Below are positions 15,237 through 25,081 of a DNA stretch of 25,731 nt, piece after piece. How positions within the stretch are numbered: position 1 is the stretch's first letter; each line of letters starts with the position of its first letter. Position numbers and translations under genes: made by a program. Location of the stretch: contig JBKPAK010000186.1 of the NCBI GenBank assembly GCA_046726415.1, positions 1 through 25,731 on the forward strand, given 5' to 3'. Below the pieces are notes generated by a model. It saw only the letters and a program-made list of their open reading frames with translations, ran no database searches and was not told the origin of the DNA. The stretch comes from Candidatus Methylomirabilota bacterium (lineage in GTDB: Bacteria; Methylomirabilota; Methylomirabilia; Rokubacteriales; CSP1-6).

Positions 15237-17027
15237 ATGGATGAGCAGGCTCTTCGAGCTCTAACGGCCGAGGTCAAGCGCGGACGGCTGACCCGCCGGC
15301 GGTTCGTCCATGCCATGGTGGGTCTCGGCGTGAGCGCGCCCGCTGCTGCTGAGATGCTCGCGTCAGCCGGCGTGGCGACCGCCCAATCCCGAGAGACCGG
15401 TCCCACGCCGACCCGCCGCGGGGGCGGTGGCGACTTCAAAATCCTCATGTGGGACGCCCCGGGCCTTCTGAACCCTCACTTTGGCCGCGGTCTCAAGGAT
15501 TTGTCGGCCACCCGGCTCTTTTACGAGCCCCTCGCGGCGCCCGGTCCCGACGGGGAGCTCTCGCCCCTGCTTGCCGAGGAACTGCCCACGCGCACAAACG
15601 GCGGGATCTCCAAGCACGGTAAGTGGGTGATCTGGCGGCTCAAGCGGAATGTCGTCTGGCATGATGGCCGGCCGTTCACCGCCGACGACGTCATCTTCAA
15701 CTGGGAATTCGCCGCCGATCCCGCGTCCGCCACCACGAGCCGTGGGCCCTTCCAGGAAGTCGCGCAGGTTGACAAGCTCGACACTCACACCGTCAAGGTC
15801 GTCTACAAAAAGCCACAGCCGTACTGGGGCATCGTATTCGCCGGCGATGGGCTGATTCCTCGACATATCTTCGGCCCGCACAAAGGCCCCTCCGCTCGCG
15901 AAGCGGCTGGGATGTTGAAACCGGTGGGGACGGGACCGTACAAGCTGGTCGACTTCACACCGGGTGACGTCATCCGCGCCGAGATCAATCCGCATTACCA
16001 CGTGCCGAACCGCCCGTTCTTCGACCGCCTGGAGGTCAAGGGGGGTGGCGACGCGGTCTCCGCGGCGCGCGCCGTGCTCCAGACCGGCGAGTACGACTTC
16101 GCCTACTACGTCCTGGCCGAAGAGGACGTTCTGAAGCGCCTCGAGCAGGGGGCGAAGGGCCGGATCCTGGCCATTCCGAGCAGTGGAGTGAACCACATCC
16201 AGTGCAATCAGAGCGATCCATGGCGGGAGGTCGACGGCGAACGATCGAGCGTCAAGGCCCCGCACCCCCACCTGACGGACCCCCTCATTCGCAAGGTCCT
16301 CAGTCTCCTCGTCGACCGCTCGACCATCCAGGACCACATCATCGGGCGCAACGGGCAGATCACCTCGAACTTCCTCAATGCCCCCGAGCGGTTCCGCTCG
16401 CGGAACACCTCCTGGGAGTTCAGCGTCGAGCGGGCGAACCAGTTCCTCGACGAGGCGGGCTGGACGCGGGGCGCCGACGGCGTGCGCAGCAAGGATGGGA
16501 GGAGGCTCAAGCTGCTGTTCCAAGCCGCCACCAGCTCGACCGTCCAAAAGATCCAGGCCGTCGTCAAGCAGGCGGCGACCAAGGCAGGCATTGACCTGGA
16601 GATCAAGGCCGTTCCGGCCTCGGTGTTCTTTTCCGCCGATCCCAACAACACCGACACCAACGTGCGCTTCCACGCCGACTTACAGATGTACACCACCTTC
16701 ACGTGGCTCGACCCGCAGTTCTTCATGGCGCAGTTCGTGTCCTGGGAGATCCCCAACCGGGACAACAAGTGGACCGGGCGGAACGTGACGCGCTGGCGCA
16801 GCCCCGAGTACGATCAGCTCTGGCGAGACGCGGAAGTCGAAATGGACCCCGTCAAGCGCGCCGCCCTGTTTATCCGAATGAACGACCTGGTGATCCAGAG
16901 CGGCATCGTCATTCCCGTGACGTGGCGCAACGTGCTGCATGCGGTGTCCAACCAAATCGGGGGCGTACTGCCCAACAGCTGGGACTCGATCTTCGGCAGC
17001 ATCGCCTACTGGTATCGCCAAAGCTGA
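15237..17027 (+). CDS. Peptide/nickel ABC transporter substrate-binding protein (family 5), Tat-type signal
   Basis: TRRRFV signal; LNPH, YEPL, LKRNVVWHDGRPFTADDVIFNW, VGTGPYKL, LDEAGW. Confidence 0.93.
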   Translation: MDEQALRALTAEVKRGRLTRRRFVHAMVGLGVSAPAAAEMLASAGVATAQSRETGPTPTRRGGGGDFKILMWDAPGLLNPHFGRGLKDLSATRLFYEPLAAPGPDGELSPLLAEELPTRTNGGISKHGKWVIWRLKRNVVWHDGRPFTADDVIFNWEFAADPASATTSRGPFQEVAQVDKLDTHTVKVVYKKPQPYWGIVFAGDGLIPRHIFGPHKGPSAREAAGMLKPVGTGPYKLVDFTPGDVIRAEINPHYHVPNRPFFDRLEVKGGGDAVSAARAVLQTGEYDFAYYVLAEEDVLKRLEQGAKGRILAIPSSGVNHIQCNQSDPWREVDGERSSVKAPHPHLTDPLIRKVLSLLVDRSTIQDHIIGRNGQITSNFLNAPERFRSRNTSWEFSVERANQFLDEAGWTRGADGVRSKDGRRLKLLFQAATSSTVQKIQAVVKQAATKAGIDLEIKAVPASVFFSADPNNTDTNVRFHADLQMYTTFTWLDPQFFMAQFVSWEIPNRDNKWTGRNVTRWRSPEYDQLWRDAEVEMDPVKRAALFIRMNDLVIQSGIVIPVTWRNVLHAVSNQIGGVLPNSWDSIFGSIAYWYRQS

Positions 17028-17062
17028 GCGGCATCGCCTACTGGTATCGCCAAAGCTGAGCG
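16999..17062 (+). repeat. Exact 32-bp tandem duplication spanning the SBP stop codon
   Basis: gcatcgcctactggtatcgccaaagctgagcg at 16999-17030 and again at 17031-17062. Confidence 0.95.
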
Positions 17063-17169
17063 CGGCCCGCGCCGGCCCTGCATTGCTTCTCCCGAACGGT
17101 TGCGGTAGTGTCGTCGCCGCTCGGGCGCGCCGCATCGAGGCGGCGCCTGGACCCGACGGAGGAGGACGT

Positions 17170-18126
17170 ATGCGATCCATCATCGTCAGCGCCGCCGTGG
17201 TGATCGCGTTCAGTTCGGTCATGCCCCTCGCCCACGCCCAGTCGTGGCGACCGCCCGCCGAGAGCCAGCGATGTCCCTCCAAGTGGGGCGCCGGCGACGA
17301 GCGCGGCTCCGCCAACCACATGAAGCCGGAGACCGTGCTCCGTGCGGCCCGGCTCATCCGCACCGGCGAGGTCGTCGAGTTGGGGCACGTCCTCGGCCCC
17401 TCCATGCCCCTGGTCGGCACCCGTCGCTTCGACGTCCACACCAAGCGCACCTTCATGAATCAGCCGGCGAACCGCCGCGGCAGCAACGAAGAGCTGGTCA
17501 TCTCCGAGATCGGTCAGGTCGGCACACAGCTCGACGGGTTCGCGCACCAGACTCACGAGAACAGTATGTACAATTGCTTCAAGGTCGAGGACGTATCGAC
17601 CCGCAGCGGGTTCAGCAAGCTCGGCATCGAGAAGGTTGGCGCCCTCTTCACGCGGGGCGTCCTGATCGACGTGGCGGGCTTGAAAGGCGTCGACACCCTG
17701 CCCGACACCTACGAGATCACCGTGCAGGACCTCCAGCAGGCGCTGCAGCGGCAGAACCTCACCTTGCAGTCGGGCGACGCCGTCATCATCCACACCGGCT
17801 GGGGCAAGTTGTGGGGGAAGGACAACGCGCGCTACGGGAAGAGTTGCCCCGGCATCGGCGTCGCCGCCGCCGAGTGGCTGGCGCGCCAGGATCCGATGCT
17901 GGTCGGCTCCGACAACTGGCCCGTGGAGGTTGCGCCGAACCCCGATCCCCAGATCTCCCTGCCCGTGCACCAGATCTTGCTGGTAGTTAACGGGATTCAC
18001 CTGCTGGAGAACATGAAGCTCGACGAGCTGGCCGCCAAGCGCGCCTACGAGTTCGCCTTCGTGATGCAGCCGCTCAAAATTCAGGGCGGCTCGGGCTCGA
18101 CGGTCGCGCCGGCCGCCATCCGCTGA
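17170..18126 (+). CDS. Cyclase family (kynurenine formamidase-like) metal hydrolase, secreted
   Basis: ATG 17170 with GGAGGA RBS; signal peptide ending AHA. WGAGDERGSAN, GQVGTQLDGFAH, TRGVLIDV, GDAVIIHTGW, GSDNW.VE, VHQ.LLV.NGIHLLEN, GSGS.V.P.A. Confidence 0.92.
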   Translation: MRSIIVSAAVVIAFSSVMPLAHAQSWRPPAESQRCPSKWGAGDERGSANHMKPETVLRAARLIRTGEVVELGHVLGPSMPLVGTRRFDVHTKRTFMNQPANRRGSNEELVISEIGQVGTQLDGFAHQTHENSMYNCFKVEDVSTRSGFSKLGIEKVGALFTRGVLIDVAGLKGVDTLPDTYEITVQDLQQALQRQNLTLQSGDAVIIHTGWGKLWGKDNARYGKSCPGIGVAAAEWLARQDPMLVGSDNWPVEVAPNPDPQISLPVHQILLVVNGIHLLENMKLDELAAKRAYEFAFVMQPLKIQGGSGSTVAPAAIR

Positions 18127-18135
18127 CGCCTGCCT

Positions 18136-18168
18136 GCGGCGAGGGGTGATCCTCCCGCCCCCGCCGCA
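18136..18168 (+). terminator. Possible terminator hairpin after the cyclase gene
   Basis: tgcggcgagggg...cccccgccgca inverted repeat followed by tcagttt. Confidence 0.35.
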
Positions 18169-18177
18169 TCAGTTTCC

Positions 18178-18951
18178 GTGGCCGACGACACCGATCTGCC
18201 CGAACATGTGCACCGCAACCGCGCCCTCTGGGACGCGCAGGCGAAGGACTACGTCGCCGCCGGTGAGCGCGGCTGGGCGCAGGCGGAGCCTACGTGGGGC
18301 ATCTGGGGCGTCCCGGAGTCACAGCTCGGCGTGCTGCCTGCGAACCTCGCCGGCCAGGACGCCATCGAGCTTGGGTGCGGGACCGCCTACGTGTCGGCGT
18401 GGCTGGCCCGTCGCGGTGCACGCGTCGTGGCGATCGACAACTCTGCGGCGCAGCTCGCCACCGCGCGGCGCCTTCAGCGCGAGCACGGCCTCGACTTCCC
18501 TCTCCTCCACGGCAACGCCGAGCGCGTGCCGTACGCGGACCGAAGCTTCGATCTGGCCATCTCCGAGTACGGAGCGTGCCTCTGGGCTGACCCCCAGCGC
18601 TGGGTGCCCGAGGCCGCCCGCCTTCTCCGTCCCGGCGGCGAGCTGATCTTTCTAGCCAACTCCGGGCTGCTCACCCTCTGCATGCCGGAGGAGAACGATG
18701 TCGCGGCAACCGACCGTCTGCTGCGCCCCGCGTTCGGGATGTATCGGATCGAGTGGCCTGGCGATCCCGGCGTCGAGTTCCATCTCTCCCACGGAGACTG
18801 GCTGCGACTGCTCCGGCGCAGCGGATTCGAGATCGAAGACCTGATCGAAGTGCGGCCGCCGGTGGGGGCGACCACGCGCTATCCCTACGTCACTCTGCAG
18901 TGGGCGCGCCAGTGGCCGGCGGAGGAGGTCTGGAAGGCGCGGCGTCGGTAG
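18178..18951 (+). CDS. Class I SAM-dependent methyltransferase
   Basis: IELGCGTA (motif I), VAIDNS, GNAERVP, SFDLAISEYGA, RLLRPGG. Confidence 0.93.
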   Translation: MADDTDLPEHVHRNRALWDAQAKDYVAAGERGWAQAEPTWGIWGVPESQLGVLPANLAGQDAIELGCGTAYVSAWLARRGARVVAIDNSAAQLATARRLQREHGLDFPLLHGNAERVPYADRSFDLAISEYGACLWADPQRWVPEAARLLRPGGELIFLANSGLLTLCMPEENDVAATDRLLRPAFGMYRIEWPGDPGVEFHLSHGDWLRLLRRSGFEIEDLIEVRPPVGATTRYPYVTLQWARQWPAEEVWKARRR

Positions 18952-18972
18952 CGCCCCCTCCCCCGACTATCG

Positions 18973-19833
18973 ATGCCGTCCACCGTCTACGTGCTGGCAC
19001 TGGTCGGAGCTCTGTGCGCGGCCAGCGCCACGATTTTCATCAGGCATGGTCTGCGCGACGCCAATCCCTACACGGGCGTCTGGATCAACCTCCTGGTAGG
19101 AACCGTCGGTCTCTGGAGCGCCGTCCTCCTGATGGGTCCCCTCGAGTCAGTGGATGCTAAGGGGGTGGCGTATTTCGCCGCCGCCGGCCTCGTCGGAACT
19201 CTGTCCGGCCGGCTGCTGCGGTTCGTCTCCATCGAGAAGGTCGGAGCGTCGGTCTCGACCGCCGTGATCAACCTGAGCCCCTTCATCTCTTCGGGCCTAG
19301 CCATTCTCCTGCTGGGCGAGCACATGACGTTGCCGATCCTGGCGGGGACGGTGGTCATCGTGCTCGGCACGATTCTGCTTTCGACCACTGGCCGCCAGAT
19401 GGGCTTTCGTCCGATCCAGCTCGCCTTTCCCTTCTTGTCGGCCTCCTGCTTCGGAGTCGTGGCCATCCTGAGAAAGCTCGGTCTGAGCCAGACAGGACCG
19501 GTCTTCGGCTTCGCCGTCAACGTCGCCACGGGCCTCCTGATCTTCACCGTCTTCCTGGCCGTTTCGGGAAACCGTCAGGCGATGGTGTGCAAAGGCCGCA
19601 GTCTGGCCCACTTCATCGCCGCCGGTGTGGCGGAGAACACCGGTGTCTTCCTGGGCGTGGTCGCCCTCAAGCTGGGCACGGTCAGCGTCGTGGCCCCGCT
19701 GTCTGGTGTGAGCCCGATCTTCGTCCTCCTCCTGTCGTTTCTCTTCCTCAGAGGCATCGAGCGCCTCACGGCGCGCGTCGTCGTCGGGACGGTGCTCATC
19801 GTGCTCGGGGTGTATCTCATCACCGCCGGGTGA
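18973..19833 (+). CDS. EamA/DMT family transporter
   Basis: 286 aa, about 10 hydrophobic helices in two repeats; LLLGE and VVAPL...SPIF motifs. Confidence 0.92.
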   Translation: MPSTVYVLALVGALCAASATIFIRHGLRDANPYTGVWINLLVGTVGLWSAVLLMGPLESVDAKGVAYFAAAGLVGTLSGRLLRFVSIEKVGASVSTAVINLSPFISSGLAILLLGEHMTLPILAGTVVIVLGTILLSTTGRQMGFRPIQLAFPFLSASCFGVVAILRKLGLSQTGPVFGFAVNVATGLLIFTVFLAVSGNRQAMVCKGRSLAHFIAAGVAENTGVFLGVVALKLGTVSVVAPLSGVSPIFVLLLSFLFLRGIERLTARVVVGTVLIVLGVYLITAG

Positions 19834-19936
19834 CGAACACCATGCGGGCCGGACACCGGCGCTCTACCGCGGGTGGCGTCTCTGTGATACACAGGGCGTG
19901 GCGGGCATTTCCTGACACCGAAGGGAGAACCTGATC

Positions 19937-20995
19937 ATGTCTAGCCAGCCTCTCTCGTATGTCTACGTCGGCGCGGCGCGATGGACGGGCGGATCGCTCG
20001 GCGGACTCTTTCGGAAGGCGGTCGGCGACGACCACTGGGAGCTGGTGACCAAGGGGCTGCCCGAGCCGACCAACGTGCAGGCGATCACCGTGCACCCGGA
20101 GCGCCCCGAGACGGTCTATCTGGGCGCACAGGACGGCCCGTATCGCAGCACTGACCACGGGGCAAGCTGGGAACGGCTGCGCTTTCCAGATCAGGACCAG
20201 GAGGTCTGGTCGATCCACGTGCAACCGCGGAACCCCAAGGTGCTCTATGCCGGCACCTCCCCGGTCGGCGTGTACCGAAGCGACGACGGCGGCGATACCT
20301 GGCGTCGCCTGCCGAACGCGAAGCAGCCCGACCGCGTGAAGATGGCTTTCGCCTGTCGGGTGATGCGCCTGGCGGTGGATCCCAATCATCCCGACGAGGT
20401 ATATGCGGCTTTGGAGGTCGGTGGAGCGATGCGCAGCCTCGACGGCGGCGAGACATGGGGCGATTGCAGCGCAGAGCTGCTCGAGCTGGCCACGCTGCCG
20501 CATCTGAAGAGCCGGATCGGCAGCGACACCGACAGCGAAGGCATGCTGGACGCTCACGCTCTCGCCGTCAGCGCCGCCCAGCCGGGAACGGTCTTTCTCG
20601 CCGTGCGCATGGGTCTCTTCCGCAGTCCCGATCGCGGTGCGAGCTGGCAGGACATGGGGATCGGCCGCTTCTCGCCGCTGACCTACGGCCGCGACGTCCG
20701 CGTCTCACCACACGATGCCCGCGCGCTCTACGCCTGCCTGAGTCCCGCCTCGCGCAGCCAGAATGGCTCGCTCTACCGCAGCCAGGACCTCGGGCAGACA
20801 TGGGAGCGCTTCGATCACGGCCTCACCCCGCGGAGCACCATGATGGGGGTGGCCCTGCACCATCGCGATCCCGACCAGGTCTACGGCGTGACGCGCCACG
20901 GTCAGGTCTTCGGCACGCAGGACGGCGGCCGCACCTGGAGCGAATCGCTGCTTCCCGATGGGGTAGGGGACGTCTACGCGATCGCCTGCGGCTGA
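19937..20995 (+). CDS. BNR/Asp-box repeat beta-propeller protein
   Basis: Six Asp-boxes: YRSTDHGASW, YRSDDGGDTW, MRSLDGGETW, FRSPDRGASW, YRSQDLGQTW, FGTQDGGRTW. GGGAG RBS; no signal peptide. Confidence 0.9.
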   Translation: MSSQPLSYVYVGAARWTGGSLGGLFRKAVGDDHWELVTKGLPEPTNVQAITVHPERPETVYLGAQDGPYRSTDHGASWERLRFPDQDQEVWSIHVQPRNPKVLYAGTSPVGVYRSDDGGDTWRRLPNAKQPDRVKMAFACRVMRLAVDPNHPDEVYAALEVGGAMRSLDGGETWGDCSAELLELATLPHLKSRIGSDTDSEGMLDAHALAVSAAQPGTVFLAVRMGLFRSPDRGASWQDMGIGRFSPLTYGRDVRVSPHDARALYACLSPASRSQNGSLYRSQDLGQTWERFDHGLTPRSTMMGVALHHRDPDQVYGVTRHGQVFGTQDGGRTWSESLLPDGVGDVYAIACG

Positions 20996-20996
20996 C

Positions 20997-22058
20997 ATGG
21001 CCCGCACGCCGGCGCTCGACACGCCCGCGGTCACCATCGACCTCGACATCATGGAGGCCAACATCCGGCGGGTGCAGCAGCACCTCGCCCGCCACGGCAT
21101 CGCCAATCGCCCGCACATCAAGACGCACAAGATCCCGGAGATCGGCCGGATGCAGATGGCGGCGGGGGCGATCGGCATCACCTGCCAGAAGCTCGGTGAA
21201 GTCGAAGTATTCACCGATGCCGCGGTCGCCGACGACGTCCTGCTCACGTACAACATCCTGGGCCGCGACAAGACCGACCGGCTCATGGCGCTCGCCCAGC
21301 GGTTGTCCCGGCTCACCGTGGTGTTCGACAACGAAGTCGTGGCGCGCGGGCTGTCGGAGGCAGGGGTGCGCCACGGCGTCGACGTCCCCTTCCTCGTCGA
21401 GTGCGATACCGGCTTCGGGCGCAACGGCGTGCAGACCCCGGAGCAGGCCTTCGAGCTGGCGCGGGCTGCCATGCGGTTGCCGCGGATGAGGTTCCTCGGC
21501 CTCATGACCTTTCCCAATCGCGATCCCGACACCCGCCTCTTCTTCGAGCGAGCCCTGGCGCGGTTCGCCCAGGCTGGGATCGCGGTGCCCGTGGTGTCCG
21601 GCGGTGGGACGCCGAGCCTCTTCACCGCGCAGAACCTCAAAGTACTGACCGAGCATCGGGCGGGAACCTGCATCTACAACGACGCCATGGTCGTGGCCAG
21701 CGGCACCGCCACCTGGGACGACTGCGCCATGCGCGTGCGGACCACGGTAGTGAGCAGGCCCACGGCGAGTCGCGGCGTTCTCGATGCCGGAACCAAGGTC
21801 CTGACGTCCGATCTCTACGGCATGAAAGGGTATGGCCACCTCCTGGAGCATCCGCAGGCAGTGATCAGCGCGCTCTCTGAGGAGCATGCCATCGTCGACC
21901 TCACGGCGTGCGCGGAGCGTCCCCACGTCGGCGATGTCGTGCACGTCGTGCCGAATCACTGCTGCGTCGTCTCCAACATGGTCGACGAGGTGTACGGCGT
22001 GCGCGGCGGCACCCTCGAAGTCACCTGGCCCGTCGCCGCCCGGGGCGCAGTCCGCTAG
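20997..22058 (+). CDS. D-threonine aldolase / D-serine dehydratase-like PLP enzyme (fold type III)
   Basis: DTPAV.ID, RPHIKTHK (PLP Lys), GFGRNGV, SGGGTP, EHRAGT..YND, DAGTK, LSEEH, VPNHCC. Confidence 0.93.
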   Translation: MARTPALDTPAVTIDLDIMEANIRRVQQHLARHGIANRPHIKTHKIPEIGRMQMAAGAIGITCQKLGEVEVFTDAAVADDVLLTYNILGRDKTDRLMALAQRLSRLTVVFDNEVVARGLSEAGVRHGVDVPFLVECDTGFGRNGVQTPEQAFELARAAMRLPRMRFLGLMTFPNRDPDTRLFFERALARFAQAGIAVPVVSGGGTPSLFTAQNLKVLTEHRAGTCIYNDAMVVASGTATWDDCAMRVRTTVVSRPTASRGVLDAGTKVLTSDLYGMKGYGHLLEHPQAVISALSEEHAIVDLTACAERPHVGDVVHVVPNHCCVVSNMVDEVYGVRGGTLEVTWPVAARGAVR

Positions 22059-22116
22059 CAGACTGCGGAAGACGGCCCATCCGTCCGACGCCGGCGTCAG
22101 GCGGCGTCCGCCGGTA

Positions 22117-23330
<1,214 letters not shown>

Positions 23331-23334
<4 letters not shown>

Positions 23335-23750
23335 TCGAGGATCACGTCGATGGCGAGCCGCTCCGTCCGATCACCCTGCTCGACGTCGAAGACCAGTTGC
23401 CAGTTGCCGGGCATGTGAAAGAGGAGCCCCTCGGCCACGTAGAACCCGTCGCCCTTTGCCGTCACCTGGGGGCGGTAGTTCATGCCGTGGCGGTGCTCGG
23501 GCATCTGCGCATCCACACGGAACCCCGTGGCGCGTGGGCTGGGAGGATTCACGCAGACCACCGCCTCCACCGAGAACTGTTGGCCGATCTCGATGGCGGT
23601 CGGGACGGTGCGGAACAGGACGATCACGTCTCCGGATTGGATGCGACCGCGCACGTTGAAGTTGCGTGGTACCTCGCAGGCAATCGCTGCCACCGTCGGC
23701 GCCCCGAGCCACACCGAGGCCAGCACGAGCAGCCACCGGCAGGCCCTCAT
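23331..23750 (-). CDS. Secreted YtkA/FixH-like protein with MPxHxHG motif
   Basis: ATG 23750, 139 aa. Signal peptide, DAQMPEHRHGMNYRP, GLLFHMPGNWQL; stop overlaps the peroxidase ATG (ATGA). Confidence 0.8.
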
Positions 23751-23829
23751 AGGCCCACACCACCGTCCTGCTGTGGGTCTGGCGGCGGCGTTCGACACAG
23801 ACGCCCGCTGGAACCGGTGCGTACCGGCG

Positions 23830-24657
23830 TCAGCGCCCCTTCGAAAACGCCCCGCCGAGGATGGCCTCGCCGTTCTTCCAGGCGATGCGCTCGGCCACGT
23901 CGGGCGGAAGATCGGCGAGCCAGCCACGGGACCAGGCGGCATGCTCGGAGACGTAGTGCCATCGCTCGGGCACGAAGGTGTCGGTGCCCACCATGAAGCG
24001 ATCGGGAAATTCCAGGAACACCTCGCGCCACTCGGGCGTCAGTTTGCCGCCGGCCGCGTGATCGGTGCGGAAGGCCAGATCAGCCCACAGGTTGCGGTGC
24101 TGGCGGAGCATCTCGCGCACGCGCTCCGGTCGTTCGAAGCCGGCGTGCGCCCACAGGATGCGGGCCTCGGGGTCCTGGCGAAAGAGGCGTTCGACGGCGT
24201 CGGCGTCCGAATGGGCGTGGAGCATCAGGCCGTACTGCTTGGCCAGCTGAACGATGCGGCGCGGAACGGGGAGCTCGGCGTCGGCGCCGTAGAGGTGGAA
24301 CTCGCCGATGGCCACGTACCGGTGTTTCCGGAGCCGCTCCTCCACATAGGTGATGATGGCCTCGTCGCGGGCCCAGGTGCCGATATCGCCGCGCTTTCGG
24401 TAGGGCCGCAGCTCGGGAATGATGAGGTCCGGAGCCTCGGCCACCAGTTTCTGCGTTCCCTCGTCGTCCGAGCTGGACACCAGCGCGCGCCTCACACCGG
24501 CCTTCCGCAGCAGCGCCACCGCCTCATTGGGGGGCACCACGCTCCACGCGTCGTGGCTGTAGTGAATGTGGGCGTCGACGATGGGCAGATCGGCTGCGCC
24601 AGCGAGCACGGGCAGGCTCAGCGACAACGGGAGAAGCACCCCGAAGACTTTGAGCAT
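23830..24657 (-). CDS. Secreted amidohydrolase-superfamily (TIM-barrel metal) protein
   Basis: ATG 24657 with GAGGTG RBS; signal peptide. DAHIHY, IGEFH, HAHSD, LWAHAG, PDRFMVGTDT, IAWKN. Confidence 0.9.
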   Translation of the reverse strand: MLKVFGVLLPLSLSLPVLAGAADLPIVDAHIHYSHDAWSVVPPNEAVALLRKAGVRRALVSSSDDEGTQKLVAEAPDLIIPELRPYRKRGDIGTWARDEAIITYVEERLRKHRYVAIGEFHLYGADAELPVPRRIVQLAKQYGLMLHAHSDADAVERLFRQDPEARILWAHAGFERPERVREMLRQHRNLWADLAFRTDHAAGGKLTPEWREVFLEFPDRFMVGTDTFVPERWHYVSEHAAWSRGWLADLPPDVAERIAWKNGEAILGGAFSKGR

Positions 24658-24695
24658 GTCCGTCACCTCATTCCCCGCTGATTGTACTCGTTGAA

Positions 24696-24789
24696 ATGGG
24701 GGGCCTCGAAAGGGCCCCCCAAACCCCCCAAACGCTCGGGGCCGCCCCGGCCAAGCCGTGGCGCCCCTCGAATCCGGGGTGCTCCTCGA
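24696..24789 (+). repeat. Dispersed palindromic element, copy B
   Basis: atggggggcctcgaaagggccccccaaaccccccaaacgctcggggccgccccggccaagccgtggcgcccctcga plus half-unit ccggggtgctcctcga. The core gccccggccaagccgtggcRcccctcga differs from copy A by one base. Confidence 0.88.
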
Positions 24790-24803
24790 GACGCATGCCG
24801 CGC

Positions 24804-24905
24804 CTAGCGAGGGCGCTGGAGAGTCTGGCCGATGATTTCGCTGGTGATGGGCAATTCGGTGAACCGCTGGCCCGTCGCGTCGGCCAGGGCGTTGGCGATC
24901 GCCGC
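24804..24905 (-). pseudogene. C-terminal remnant of a xanthine dehydrogenase-family molybdopterin-binding subunit
   Basis: Not in ORF track. AAIANALADATGQRFTELPITSEIIGQTLQRPR-TAG matches the AIANA..DA.G.R...LP.T C-terminal signature of CoxL/XdhA-type subunits. In-frame TGA at 24959 and no start codon. Confidence 0.72.
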
Positions 24906-24928
24906 ACGAGACGGAGCGCGCTGCGAGC

Positions 24929-24997
24929 GTCCGACATGGAGCGCTGAGAAGTATACTCACGTGTCCGACATGGGGAGCTGACGCTCGAAGTATACTC
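24929..24997 (+). repeat. Imperfect direct repeat, each copy containing the AGTATACT palindrome
   Basis: gtccgacatggagcgctgagaagtatactc (24929-24958) and gtccgacatggggagctgacgctcgaagtatactc (24963-24997). Confidence 0.75.
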
Positions 24998-25081
24998 GGC
25001 CCGCCGGGTCCCTGCATTGGCCAACATCGCACGCGGGACGGCGGCGAGCTTCGCATCCAACATCATCGCAAGAGGCGCGCA

